In this document: positions 10,516 through 19,914 of the stretch, piece after piece
Position numbering within the stretch: position 1 is the first letter of the stretch
How the letters are laid out: each line of letters opens with the position of its first letter
Sequence record: DRR723986_5625
Length of the DNA: 64,000 nt
Strand: one strand, 5' to 3'
Program-made: the position numbers and the translations under genes
The notes under the pieces: model-generated
Told to the model about the DNA's origin: nothing
What the model saw: the letters and a program-made list of their open reading frames with translations, nothing else
Database searches by the model: none

Positions 10516-13500
10516 ATGGCCTGGGAAGCACTCAAGAACAATCTGCTGGAGGAAGTCAGCCAGCGCATTGCACAGCGCGGCGACGCCGGGGATCGCGCGT
10601 CTCTGGATAATCTTGGACGGGTGTTCCTCAATCGTTTTCCCCCCGAGGACATGCGCGGCCGCTCCGCCGAGAACCTCTACGGCTGCCTCTACGGGCTGCT
10701 GCGTTTTATGCACAGCCGCGGTGGTGAGGGGGCCAAGGTCCGCATTCTCAACCCGGATATGGAAAGCCATGGCTGGGAGAGCAAGAACACCGTGGTGGCG
10801 GCACTGTGCCGTGACATGCCGTTCTGCACCGCGTCGGTGCGCGGGGAGATAAACCGGCGCAATATCGCCATTCATACCCTCACCAGCTGCAACCTGGCGA
10901 CGCGCCGGGATGAGCAGGGCAAATTGCTGGAAGTATTACCGGGCAATGGCCGGGGCGAGGAGGGTATCAGCCATGAGAGCCTGCTGTACTTCGAAATAGC
11001 GCGGCATTCAGATCCTGCAGACCTCGAGGATCTGCGGCTGACGCTGGTCGATATCCTCGGTGAAGTGGCTGTCGTGGTTGACGATTTCGACGCCATGCGC
11101 AGGAACCTGCATCTCGCCCAGCAGGTGGTGCGCGGTAGCGACAAGGTTGAACAGGATTATCGCGACGAGGCAGTCGCGTTTCTCGACTGGCTGGAACGCA
11201 ATCACATCACCTTTCTCGGTTACGAATATCTGGAAGTCGAGCGCGAAGGCGCGGGGTTCAGGATCGCCAGTGATCCTGCGCGCAGCCTCGGCACGCTGCT
11301 CAATCGCAGCACCCGCGGAGAGCAGGATCTGCGTCGTGACCTTGAACGTATGGACCGCAAGGAGTTGCTGCGGCGCCAGCTCAGCTTTGGTAAATCGCGG
11401 CAGCGTTCGCGGGTACATCGCCTGTCCTATCCCGATTACGTCGAGGTGAAGGTGTTCGATGATGCTGGCGATGTTATCGCCCAGCATCGCTTTATCGGCC
11501 TGTATACCTCGTCTGTGTACACGATGAACGCGGAGTTGATCCCGATTCTGCGGCGCAAGGTTCAGCGTGTGCTGGAGCGCTCGGGGCTGGATATGAGTGA
11601 GCACGATGGCCGGGAACTGGCCCGTGTGCTCGAACTGTTTCCGCGGGACGAACTGTTCCAGTCCAGTGTGGCCGATCTGTTCGAGACCGCGTCTGCGGTC
11701 AATCGGATCCAGGAGCGCCGACAGACCAGGCTGTTCGTGCGCAGGGATCCCCACGACAAGTTCGTTAACTGCCTGGTCTATATTCCGCGCGACCGCTACA
11801 CCACCGAGCAGCGGGAGAAGATCCAGCAAATCCTGACTCGTGCATTCAACGCCGAAGAGTCGGAATTCACTACCCAATTCTCGGAATCCATTCTGGTGCG
11901 GGTGCATTTTGTACTGCGCGTCGACCCGGCCAGGGAACTGGATTTTGATGCCACTGAAATCGAGGAACAAATCGTGCACGCGACACTAGCATGGGAAGAC
12001 CGGCTGCGCCTGCGCCTGCTGGAGGAGTTCGGCGAGGAGTTCGGCGAGCAGCTGATGCGCGAACTGGGAGTCGGCTTCCCACCGGGCTACCAGGACGACT
12101 TTGATCCGCGGGTCGCAGTGATGGACATCCGCAAGTTCCTGCCGCTCAAGCGCGGCGAACAGCTCACCATGAGCCTGTACCGGCTGCTGGAAGAGGGCAA
12201 TGAGCAACTGAAACTCCGCCTGTATCACACGCAGTCGCCGCTGCCACTGTCAGACATTCTGCCGATCCTGGAAAACCTCGGCCTGCGCGTGGTGTCCGAG
12301 CGACCCTACGGAGTGCGCAAGCCCGATGGCGAGCGTTACTGGGTGCAGGAGTTCAGCCTCATCTACTCCCTGGCCCAGGATATCGACCTGGACGCGGTAA
12401 AGGATGAGTTCGAGGACGCCTTCGCCCGCATCTGGTTTGGCGAGGCGGAAAGTGACTCCTTCAACCGCCTGCTGCTCGGCACGCGCCTGAGCTGGCGCGA
12501 GATCGCCCTGCTGCGTGCCTATTCCCGCTACCTGCGGCAGATACGCTTCCCTTACAGCGCGGAATACATCGCCGAGACCATGGCGAACCACATGCATATC
12601 ACCACCGGGATCGTGGAGCTGTTCCTGACCCGTCTGTCGCCCGTATTCGACGGTGACGAGGACTGGCGCGCCCAGCGCGAGCTGGCGGTGGAGGGGCGAA
12701 TCCTGGATTCGCTCGAGCAGGTGGAAAACCTCGGTGAAGACCGGATCATTCGCCAGTTCGTTACCCTCATCAAGGCGACCTTGCGCACCAACTTTTTCCA
12801 GGAGGGGGAGCCGGGCAAGTTCAAATCCTACTTCTCCTTCAAGCTGCAGCCTTCGGCTATTCCCGAGATGCCGCGCCCGGTACCCATGTTCGAAATTTTT
12901 GTCTACTCACCGCGGGTCGAGGGGGTGCACCTGCGGGGCGGCAAGGTTGCCCGTGGCGGCCTGCGCTGGTCAGACCGCTTTGAGGATTTCCGCACCGAGG
13001 TGCTGGGCCTGGTGAAGGCGCAGCAGGTCAAGAATGCGGTGATCGTGCCGGTGGGTGCGAAGGGCGGCTTTGTCGCCCGGCAGATAACTGCGGAGATGTC
13101 CCGCGACGAAATCCAGCAGGAGGGCGTGGAGTGCTACAAGCTGTTCATTCGCGGCCTGCTCGATATCACTGACAACCGGACCGAGTCGGGGGTTGTGCGG
13201 CCGCAGCATGTCGTCGCCAAGGACGACGAGGATCCGTACCTGGTGGTCGCGGCCGACAAGGGCACCGCGACCTTTTCCGACATCGCCAACGCCATCTCCG
13301 CCGAGTACGACTTCTGGCTGGGGGATGCCTTCGCATCCGGTGGCAGCGCCGGTTATGACCATAAGGAAATGGCGATTACCGCTCGCGGTGCCTGGGTCTC
13401 GGTGCAGCGGCACTTCCGTGAAATGGGCATTGATGTGCAGTCCACGGATTTCACCGTCGTCGGTGTCGGGGATATGGCGGGAGACGTATTCGGAAACGGC

Positions 13501-15387
13501 ATGCTGCTGTCCCAGCATATTCGCCTGCAGGCGGCATTCAACCACACGCACATCTTCATCGACCCGAACCCGGATGCCGCGAGCAGTTACGCCGAGCGCA
13601 AGCGCCTGTTTGATCTGCCGCGCTCTTCCTGGTCGGACTATGATACTGCCCTGATATCGGCAGGTGGCGGCGTCTTCAACCGCGCCGCGAAGTCGATCCT
13701 TATCTCACCGGAGATGAAAGCTGCCTTCGATATCCCGGTCGATCACCTGACCCCGAACGAGTTGATTTCCTACCTGCTGCGCGCGGAGGTCGACCTGCTG
13801 TGGAACGGCGGTATCGGCACCTACGTCAAGTCCACCCTCGAAGACCACACCGATGTTGGCGACAAGGCCAACGACAGTCTTCGCGTCGATGCCACCCAGT
13901 TGCGTTGCAAGGTGGTGGGCGAGGGCGGCAACCTGGGGATGACCCAACTCGGGCGAATGGAATTCGGGCTCCAGGGCGGGCGCTCGAATACCGATTTCAT
14001 CGACAACGCCGGCGGCGTTGATTGCTCTGACCACGAGGTCAATATCAAGATCCTGCTCAACGCGGTGGTGGCCCGTGGCGACCTTACCGTCAAGCACCGC
14101 AATGCCCTGTTGGAGGAGATGACCGAGAGCGTTGCCCGACTGGTACTGCAGAACAACTATCGCCAGGTGCAGGCGATCAGTCTCGCCGAATTCCAGGGCC
14201 AGGAGCGCAGTGGTGAGTACCGCCGCTTTATTTCCACGATGGTTGCGTCCGGTCGTCTGGATCGCGACCTGGAGTACATTCCCTCGGATGAGGAACTTGC
14301 CGACCGCCGGGTTCAGGGCAAGGGGCTCACCCGGCCAGAACTGGCGGTGCTGGTGTCCTACAGCAAGGCGCTGCTGAAGGAGCAATTACTGGCCTCGGAC
14401 CTGGGCAAGGACCCGCACCTGGCCAATGCGGTGCAGACCGCGTTCCCCGAGCGCCTGGTGTCCCAGTATCCCGAGGAAATCCGCGAGCACCGGTTGCACC
14501 GGGAAATCATGTGCACCCAGATTGCCAACGATATCGTCAACCGCATGGGTCTCAATTTTATCCAGCGGCAGCAGAAGGCGACTGGCGCCACTGTGGCCGA
14601 TGTCGCCCGTGCCTATACCGCGGTGATGGAAATTTTCGGCGTCGCCGACGTCTGGAGCCAACTCGAACTGCTGGATTACAAGGTTGAAGCGCGGGTCCAG
14701 ATGGAGATGATGCTGAACCTGATCCGGCTGGTGAAGCGCACCACGCGCTGGCTGTTGCGCAACCGGCGCCACGAGATGCTGCCGAGCCGGATCATCGAGG
14801 AATTCAGCTCCGGGGTGAAGGAATTACGCGATGCCCTGCCGTCCATGCTGCGCGGCCGCGGACGTGCTGCACAACAGTATAAGAACCAGTACGAGTATTA
14901 CATCGCCCAGGGCGTTGAGGAGGCGCTGGCGGCGAGTGTCGCTGCCAGCCTGCAAGCCTACACTGCCCTCGGGATTATTGAGGCGACACGCGAGACTCAC
15001 GCGCCCCTGTTGGAAGTGGCCCAGCTGTACTACGTGATGGGCGATCGCCTTGAGCTGGACTGGTTCACCAGCCAGATCCTGGCGAGCAAGGTGGACAACG
15101 AGTGGCAGGCGATGGCCCGTGATACCTACCTGGAAGACCTGGAGTGGCAGCAGCGCACCCTGGCGGTTGGCGTGCTGCGCCATATGTCCGAAGACCGCGA
15201 CCTGACCCGCTGTCTGCGCTCCTGGGAGGAGCACGAGGCGCCGCTAATCAAGCGCTGGCAGGAAATGCTTACCGAGCTGCATGCAACCGATGCCCCGGAT
15301 TTCGCGATGTTTGCCGTTGCCAACCGGGAGTTGCTGGATCTGGCGCAGAGCAGTATCCGCGAGGAGCACATCCCGCAGAACCGTTAG
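10516..15387 (+). CDS. gdhB: Large NAD-specific glutamate dehydrogenase (~1620 aa)
   Basis: GVHLRGGKVARGGLRWSDR, KAQQVKNAVIVPVGAKGGF, DPYLVVAADKGTATFSD, GDAFASGGS and NTDFIDNAGGVDCSDHEVNIKI. Start taken at ATG 10516 (MAWEAL). Confidence 0.96.
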   Translation: MAWEALKNNLLEEVSQRIAQRGDAGDRASLDNLGRVFLNRFPPEDMRGRSAENLYGCLYGLLRFMHSRGGEGAKVRILNPDMESHGWESKNTVVAALCRDMPFCTASVRGEINRRNIAIHTLTSCNLATRRDEQGKLLEVLPGNGRGEEGISHESLLYFEIARHSDPADLEDLRLTLVDILGEVAVVVDDFDAMRRNLHLAQQVVRGSDKVEQDYRDEAVAFLDWLERNHITFLGYEYLEVEREGAGFRIASDPARSLGTLLNRSTRGEQDLRRDLERMDRKELLRRQLSFGKSRQRSRVHRLSYPDYVEVKVFDDAGDVIAQHRFIGLYTSSVYTMNAELIPILRRKVQRVLERSGLDMSEHDGRELARVLELFPRDELFQSSVADLFETASAVNRIQERRQTRLFVRRDPHDKFVNCLVYIPRDRYTTEQREKIQQILTRAFNAEESEFTTQFSESILVRVHFVLRVDPARELDFDATEIEEQIVHATLAWEDRLRLRLLEEFGEEFGEQLMRELGVGFPPGYQDDFDPRVAVMDIRKFLPLKRGEQLTMSLYRLLEEGNEQLKLRLYHTQSPLPLSDILPILENLGLRVVSERPYGVRKPDGERYWVQEFSLIYSLAQDIDLDAVKDEFEDAFARIWFGEAESDSFNRLLLGTRLSWREIALLRAYSRYLRQIRFPYSAEYIAETMANHMHITTGIVELFLTRLSPVFDGDEDWRAQRELAVEGRILDSLEQVENLGEDRIIRQFVTLIKATLRTNFFQEGEPGKFKSYFSFKLQPSAIPEMPRPVPMFEIFVYSPRVEGVHLRGGKVARGGLRWSDRFEDFRTEVLGLVKAQQVKNAVIVPVGAKGGFVARQITAEMSRDEIQQEGVECYKLFIRGLLDITDNRTESGVVRPQHVVAKDDEDPYLVVAADKGTATFSDIANAISAEYDFWLGDAFASGGSAGYDHKEMAITARGAWVSVQRHFREMGIDVQSTDFTVVGVGDMAGDVFGNGMLLSQHIRLQAAFNHTHIFIDPNPDAASSYAERKRLFDLPRSSWSDYDTALISAGGGVFNRAAKSILISPEMKAAFDIPVDHLTPNELISYLLRAEVDLLWNGGIGTYVKSTLEDHTDVGDKANDSLRVDATQLRCKVVGEGGNLGMTQLGRMEFGLQGGRSNTDFIDNAGGVDCSDHEVNIKILLNAVVARGDLTVKHRNALLEEMTESVARLVLQNNYRQVQAISLAEFQGQERSGEYRRFISTMVASGRLDRDLEYIPSDEELADRRVQGKGLTRPELAVLVSYSKALLKEQLLASDLGKDPHLANAVQTAFPERLVSQYPEEIREHRLHREIMCTQIANDIVNRMGLNFIQRQQKATGATVADVARAYTAVMEIFGVADVWSQLELLDYKVEARVQMEMMLNLIRLVKRTTRWLLRNRRHEMLPSRIIEEFSSGVKELRDALPSMLRGRGRAAQQYKNQYEYYIAQGVEEALAASVAASLQAYTALGIIEATRETHAPLLEVAQLYYVMGDRLELDWFTSQILASKVDNEWQAMARDTYLEDLEWQQRTLAVGVLRHMSEDRDLTRCLRSWEEHEAPLIKRWQEMLTELHATDAPDFAMFAVANRELLDLAQSSIREEHIPQNR

Positions 15388-15454
15388 CGTGTCGGCGGTG
15401 CCCGGTCCGCGGCCCGGAGGCCGCTACCGTGCGATGGGCGTCAACTCTCCAGAG

Positions 15455-15658
15455 TCACAGCGTGCGCGTCTTGTGCACACCGGAGACACCGATCAGACCG
15501 TCCCATTGGTCACAGCGCCCCTCGCGCCACCCGGATAGCCATGCCTGTCGTTGCTCGATATTGGCATGCGGGCAGAACTCGCTGCTGCGTCCGGTAACAC
15601 CGGCCTGGTAACCGCGATCGAATGCTCTGGTGCTCATGTCGCGCTTCTGTCTTCTCAT
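15455..15658 (-). CDS. rmf: Ribosome modulation factor
   Basis: MRRQKRD...RAFDRGYQAGVTGRS...CP......RQAWLSGWREG matches the RMF consensus, with GGAGG upstream of ATG 15658. Confidence 0.95.
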   Translation of the reverse strand: MRRQKRDMSTRAFDRGYQAGVTGRSSEFCPHANIEQRQAWLSGWREGRCDQWDGLIGVSGVHKTRTL

Positions 15659-15940
15659 AGAGATTGCCTCCGTAGGGTTCCGGTACCGCCCGCGCCAGCG
15701 CGGGTCAGGCAGCGCATCGCAGTGATGCGGCAGCGGATCAGGGTGGATTGCCTGCGTGTATCGGGCTTGTGAACGTGCAAGCCATACCGCGGGGAGTGCC
15801 CAGGGCACAGGCTCATGAAACCAAAGCGGGGCGGCCATCGCTACTATCGTTTTGTTCTGAGCAGCGCTCTCGATATAACAAAATGGTAATATTTCACAAA
15901 TTTCGGGTCGCAATGGCCGGGTGAGCAGGCTCGTCGAGAC

Positions 15941-17158
15941 TTATTCCTGCGCCTGGGGATCCAGCAGTTCGATCCAGTGCCTGACCGGCAGCGCTGTCGC
16001 CTCCTGCAGGTGCAACTGGCAGCCGACATTCGCGGTGGCGATCAGCTCGGGCTTGGCCCCGGTCAGAGCCGCCAGCTTGCGCTCGCGCAGGCGCAGGCTG
16101 GTCGGGCGCTGGAGGATCGAATAGGTCCCTGCCGAGCCGCAGCAGAGATGGTCATCACGGGTTGGTGCAAATTCGATTCCGACCCGTTGCAGCACCGTCC
16201 TCACGGCGCTATCCGCTCCCAGCGCGTGCTGCAGGGAGCAGGGGATGTGCAGGGCGACCCGGCCAGCACGCGGGACAGCCAGCGGTGCCAGGTCTTCTGC
16301 CGCCAGTACCTGGCCGATGTCCCGGGCCAGGCTGGCAACCCGCTGTGCCCGTTCAGCGTAAGCGGGATCGTCGGCCAGTAATTCACCGTAGTCCGCCACC
16401 AGCGCGCCGCAACCGGACGCACTGGTAATGATGGCCTCGGCGCCGTTGGCAACGGCCGGCCACCAGGCATCGATATTGCGCCGCATGTCGTCAAGCCCGT
16501 CGCGGTGCGCACCCAGATGGTAGTTCACTGCGCCACAGCAGCCTGAGCCGGGTGCGACGAGCGGATCAATTCCCAGGCGGTCCAGTACCCGGTGCAGGGC
16601 GTCGTTGGTGGTAGGCGTCGCGGCGGACTGTACGCAGCCCGCCAGCAGCAGCATCTGTCGCTTGTGGCGTGAGGGCGGGACCGCACCGCGCGGACGACGC
16701 ACTGGCACCCGGACCTGCAGCGCCGACGGCAGCATGGGGCGCAGCCACTGGCCCAGACGCAGCAATCCGCCAAACAGGGTCGGGCGGGTCAGGATGCGGC
16801 GCAACAGCCAGCGATACAGCCGTTGCAGGGGTGGCCTGGGAGCGGTTTCTTCCACCAGCCCCCGACCCAGGTCCGCCAGGGCACCGTAGCGCATGCCTGA
16901 GGGGCACGTGGTTTCGCAGCTGCGACAGGATAGGCAGCGGTCCAGGTGGGTGCGCGCCTGTTCTGCCGCCTCGCCGGTTTCCAACAACGCTTTTACCAGG
17001 TAGATGCGTCCGCGCGGGCTGTCCCGCTCGTCCTTGCTGTCCAGGTAGGTGGGGCAGGTGGCCAGGCAGAAGCCACAGTGGACGCAGGCACTGATCAGGT
17101 CTGCCGCGTGTTCGCCGTCCCGGGTATTGCGGAATCTCGGGTGTAAGTCCACGTGCAT
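15941..17158 (-). CDS. glcF: Glycolate oxidase iron-sulfur subunit
   Basis: CVHCGFCLATCP and CLSCRSCETTCP 4Fe-4S motifs, DSPRGRI, two CCG domains and TANVGC. Confidence 0.95.
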   Translation of the reverse strand: MHVDLHPRFRNTRDGEHAADLISACVHCGFCLATCPTYLDSKDERDSPRGRIYLVKALLETGEAAEQARTHLDRCLSCRSCETTCPSGMRYGALADLGRGLVEETAPRPPLQRLYRWLLRRILTRPTLFGGLLRLGQWLRPMLPSALQVRVPVRRPRGAVPPSRHKRQMLLLAGCVQSAATPTTNDALHRVLDRLGIDPLVAPGSGCCGAVNYHLGAHRDGLDDMRRNIDAWWPAVANGAEAIITSASGCGALVADYGELLADDPAYAERAQRVASLARDIGQVLAAEDLAPLAVPRAGRVALHIPCSLQHALGADSAVRTVLQRVGIEFAPTRDDHLCCGSAGTYSILQRPTSLRLRERKLAALTGAKPELIATANVGCQLHLQEATALPVRHWIELLDPQAQE

Positions 17159-17167
17159 CGAAAACTC

Positions 17168-18226
17168 CTACAGCCAGCTGTACAGGCGGCCGGGATTCAG
17201 CACGGCAGCCGGGTCCAGCGCCTGTTTCACCCGTTGGTGCAAGGCCTGCAGGGCGGGTGCCAGGGCCGGGGCCGTCTCTGCGCTGCGGTCACCACCGCGG
17301 TAGAGCCAGGCATGGCCGCCGGCCGCGGTGGCCGCCATCGCCAGTTCCGCACCGCCATTCTCCGCCGGCACCCAGCGCTGGGCACCACCCCAGTCCAGCA
17401 TTAGCCCGTCGGCCTCCAGCCCCAGTTCGCTGTGCGGCGCCAGCGAGATACGGTAGAGCGGGGCGTCACCGTCGAACAGCGACACAGCGGTTTCGCGCAG
17501 GGCGTTCCAGGGCGTGTCACCGGGGAGTTGTTCTCCGCCCCAATGCTGCGCGGTATGTGCTACCGCCGCCCTCGCGCCCGCCAGACGCAGGTAGAGTCGA
17601 CCATCGAACCAGCAGGCGCCGGTCAGGGGCCGCGGCTCCGCAGCGTGACGGAGCATCCGTGCCAGCGCTTCCCGGACGGGCATCTCGTAGGCCAGGGTCA
17701 GGCAGTGCTCGGGTTGCGGCATGACCTTGAGGCTGACTTCGGTAATCACGCCCAGGGTGCCCAGGGCGCCGGCCTGCAGCCGGGAGACGTCGTAGCCGGC
17801 GACGTTTTTCATGACCTGGCCGCCGAAACGCAGTTGCTCACCCTTGCCGTTGATCAGGCGCACGCCCAGGACCAGGTCGCGCAGCGCGCCTGACCATGGG
17901 CGCGCCGGGCCCGACAGGTTGCAGGCAAGACTGCCGCCGAGGGTGGCGCGCCCGGCAAAATCCGGTGTTTCGCAGGACAGGCACTGGCCCTCGGCGGCCA
18001 GCAGTGCGTTGAGTTCCGCGATCGGGGTGCCTGCGCGAGCGGTCAGCACCAGTTCACCGGGATGGTAGTCGACGACGCCGGTATGCCCAGCCACTGAGAG
18101 GGTATCGGCATCACAGCGTCGGCCCAGCAATCCGGACTTGCTGTTGCCGCCGGTAATATACAGCTGCCGGCCGGTGGCGCAGGCCTGCGCCACGGTTTCC
18201 GCCAGTGCCGTGCTTTGGTCAGGCAT
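17168..18226 (-). CDS. glcE: Glycolate oxidase FAD-binding subunit
   Basis: ELVLTARAGTP, FGGQVMKNVAGYDVSRL, DWGGAQRW and LDP..VLNPGR. Confidence 0.95.
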   Translation of the reverse strand: MPDQSTALAETVAQACATGRQLYITGGNSKSGLLGRRCDADTLSVAGHTGVVDYHPGELVLTARAGTPIAELNALLAAEGQCLSCETPDFAGRATLGGSLACNLSGPARPWSGALRDLVLGVRLINGKGEQLRFGGQVMKNVAGYDVSRLQAGALGTLGVITEVSLKVMPQPEHCLTLAYEMPVREALARMLRHAAEPRPLTGACWFDGRLYLRLAGARAAVAHTAQHWGGEQLPGDTPWNALRETAVSLFDGDAPLYRISLAPHSELGLEADGLMLDWGGAQRWVPAENGGAELAMAATAAGGHAWLYRGGDRSAETAPALAPALQALHQRVKQALDPAAVLNPGRLYSWL

Positions 18227-19679
18227 GTGTCTGCCTTGCGGGCAGCGCGCGGTATTCCTGGCAGCGCCGCAGTATCGGAATACCTTTGCCGGGGTTGAGG
18301 ATCAGCAGGGGATCGAAGGCAGCCTTGAGCTCCTCGAACTGCAGCAGCTCCGCCTCCGAAAACTGTTCGGCCATCTGGGCCAGCTTTTCCACACCTACCC
18401 CGTGTTCGCCGGTAATCGAACCCCCGACCGCCACGCTCAGTGCCAGAATGTCAGCCCCCAGCTGTTCTGCGCGCTCGATTTCCTGCGGGTTGCTGGCATC
18501 GAACAGGATCAGCGGGTGCAGGTTGCCGTCGCCGGCATGGAACACATTGGCCACCTGCAGGCCGTAAGCGCCGGCCATGCGGCTGATCTCCTCAAGCACC
18601 CGGGATACCTGGCCGCGGGGTATTGTGCCGTCCATGCAGTAATAATCCGGCGCAATGCGGCCCACCGCGGGGAAAGCCGATTTGCGGCCCTTCCAGAGCA
18701 GCTCTCGCTCTGCCTCGTCCTGCGAGCAGCGCACGGAGCTGGCGCCCAGTTCGGTGAACAGTGCACTGATGCGCTCGGTGTGGCTGGCGACCTCTTCGGT
18801 GGTGCCGTCCACCTCGCACAGCAGCAGGGCTTCCGCATCGGGCGGATAACCCGCAGCGGCAAACGCCTCTGCGGCCTGAATAGCCAGGCGGTCCATCATT
18901 TCAAGCCCGGCAGGTACGATACCGGCGGCAATGATCGCGCCCACGGCATCACCGGCCGCGCGCACACTGGCAAAGCCTGCCATTATCACCCGGGCCTGCT
19001 CAGGTAGCGGCAACAAGCGCACGGTAACCGATACCACCACACCCAGCAGACCTTCCGAGCCGGTGACCAGCGCCAGCAGATCGTAGCCGGGGCTGTCCAG
19101 GCCCTGGCTGCCCAGGGTTACTCGCTCCCCTTCGGCAGTAATCAGGTCAACGGCAAGCAGGTTGTGCACGGTGAGGCCGTACTTGAGGCAGTGCACCCCG
19201 CCGGAATTCTCCGCGACATTGCCGCCGATACTGCAGGCGATCTGCGAGGAGGGGTCCGGCGCATAGTAGAGCCCGTGCGGCGCTGCCGCGGCCGAGATGC
19301 CCAGGTTGGTAACCCCGGGTTCCAGGGTTGCCGTGCGCGCGACCGGATCGATCGCCAGGATCCGGTCCAGTTTGCCGAGGTTCAGCAGCACGCCCTCAGG
19401 GTGCGGCATCGCTCCGCCGCAGAGGCCGGTACCGGAACCGCGGGCGACCACCGGAATCCTGAATTGGTGACACAGGCGGACGATGGCCTGCACCTGCTCC
19501 ACCGTGTCCGGCAGTACCGCCACCAGAGGGAGTTGCCGGTGCAGGGTCAGGCCGTCGCACTCGAAGGGGGTGAGCGACGCTCGTTCCACAATGATCGCTG
19601 CAGCGGGCAGCAGTCGCTGGAATTCGGCCAACAGGGCGGGCAGGTCGGGTGCTGTCAGCTGATTGGCAGTGCTGCCCAT
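18219..19679 (-). CDS. glcD: Glycolate oxidase subunit GlcD
   Basis: ARGSGTGL, YYAPDPSSQIACSIGGNVAENSGGVHCLKYG, HAGDGNLHP and GEHGVG. Confidence 0.96.
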   Translation of the reverse strand: MGSTANQLTAPDLPALLAEFQRLLPAAAIIVERASLTPFECDGLTLHRQLPLVAVLPDTVEQVQAIVRLCHQFRIPVVARGSGTGLCGGAMPHPEGVLLNLGKLDRILAIDPVARTATLEPGVTNLGISAAAAPHGLYYAPDPSSQIACSIGGNVAENSGGVHCLKYGLTVHNLLAVDLITAEGERVTLGSQGLDSPGYDLLALVTGSEGLLGVVVSVTVRLLPLPEQARVIMAGFASVRAAGDAVGAIIAAGIVPAGLEMMDRLAIQAAEAFAAAGYPPDAEALLLCEVDGTTEEVASHTERISALFTELGASSVRCSQDEAERELLWKGRKSAFPAVGRIAPDYYCMDGTIPRGQVSRVLEEISRMAGAYGLQVANVFHAGDGNLHPLILFDASNPQEIERAEQLGADILALSVAVGGSITGEHGVGVEKLAQMAEQFSEAELLQFEELKAAFDPLLILNPGKGIPILRRCQEYRALPARQTHA

Positions 19680-19764
19680 GGCGTGCGTTCCGGTAAGTGG
19701 TACGGCGGGTTAAGCCATCATCCTAAGCGATTGCAGCCCCGCTTCAAATACCGTGGCGGCGTGA

Positions 19765-19793
19765 TTGACTCACCCTGAGGGCCCACTTAAGGT
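19765..19793 (+). promoter_or_regulatory. Putative sigma70 promoter for the Rieske oxygenase
   Basis: TTGACT-N17-TAAGGT. Confidence 0.5.
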
Positions 19794-19914
19794 GCAGATC
19801 ACGGTAATACCGGGGCCCGAAGTGTGAGCAACGACCAACTGATCTACTGCGCAAGTCCCTCCCGGCCGGATGCTGCTGGCGGCATCCGGCAATACAGCTG
19901 GGGGGTGTGGTGAC

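Noticed and set aside
14851-14865. RGRGR micro-duplication in GdhB
   Set aside because: It is in frame and tiny, and cannot be assessed without an alignment.
19779-19845. HDV-like ribozyme topology (GGGCCC / AGATCA / CGG-CCG / GGGCCC / TGATCT)
   Set aside because: The L3 and P1.1 consensus nucleotides are missing and the first GGGCCC lies in the predicted promoter spacer. Kept only as a generic structured leader.
19865-19890. REP-like GCCGGATGC...GCATCCGGC palindrome as a repeat family
   Set aside because: I found only one copy in the window and no associated transposase.
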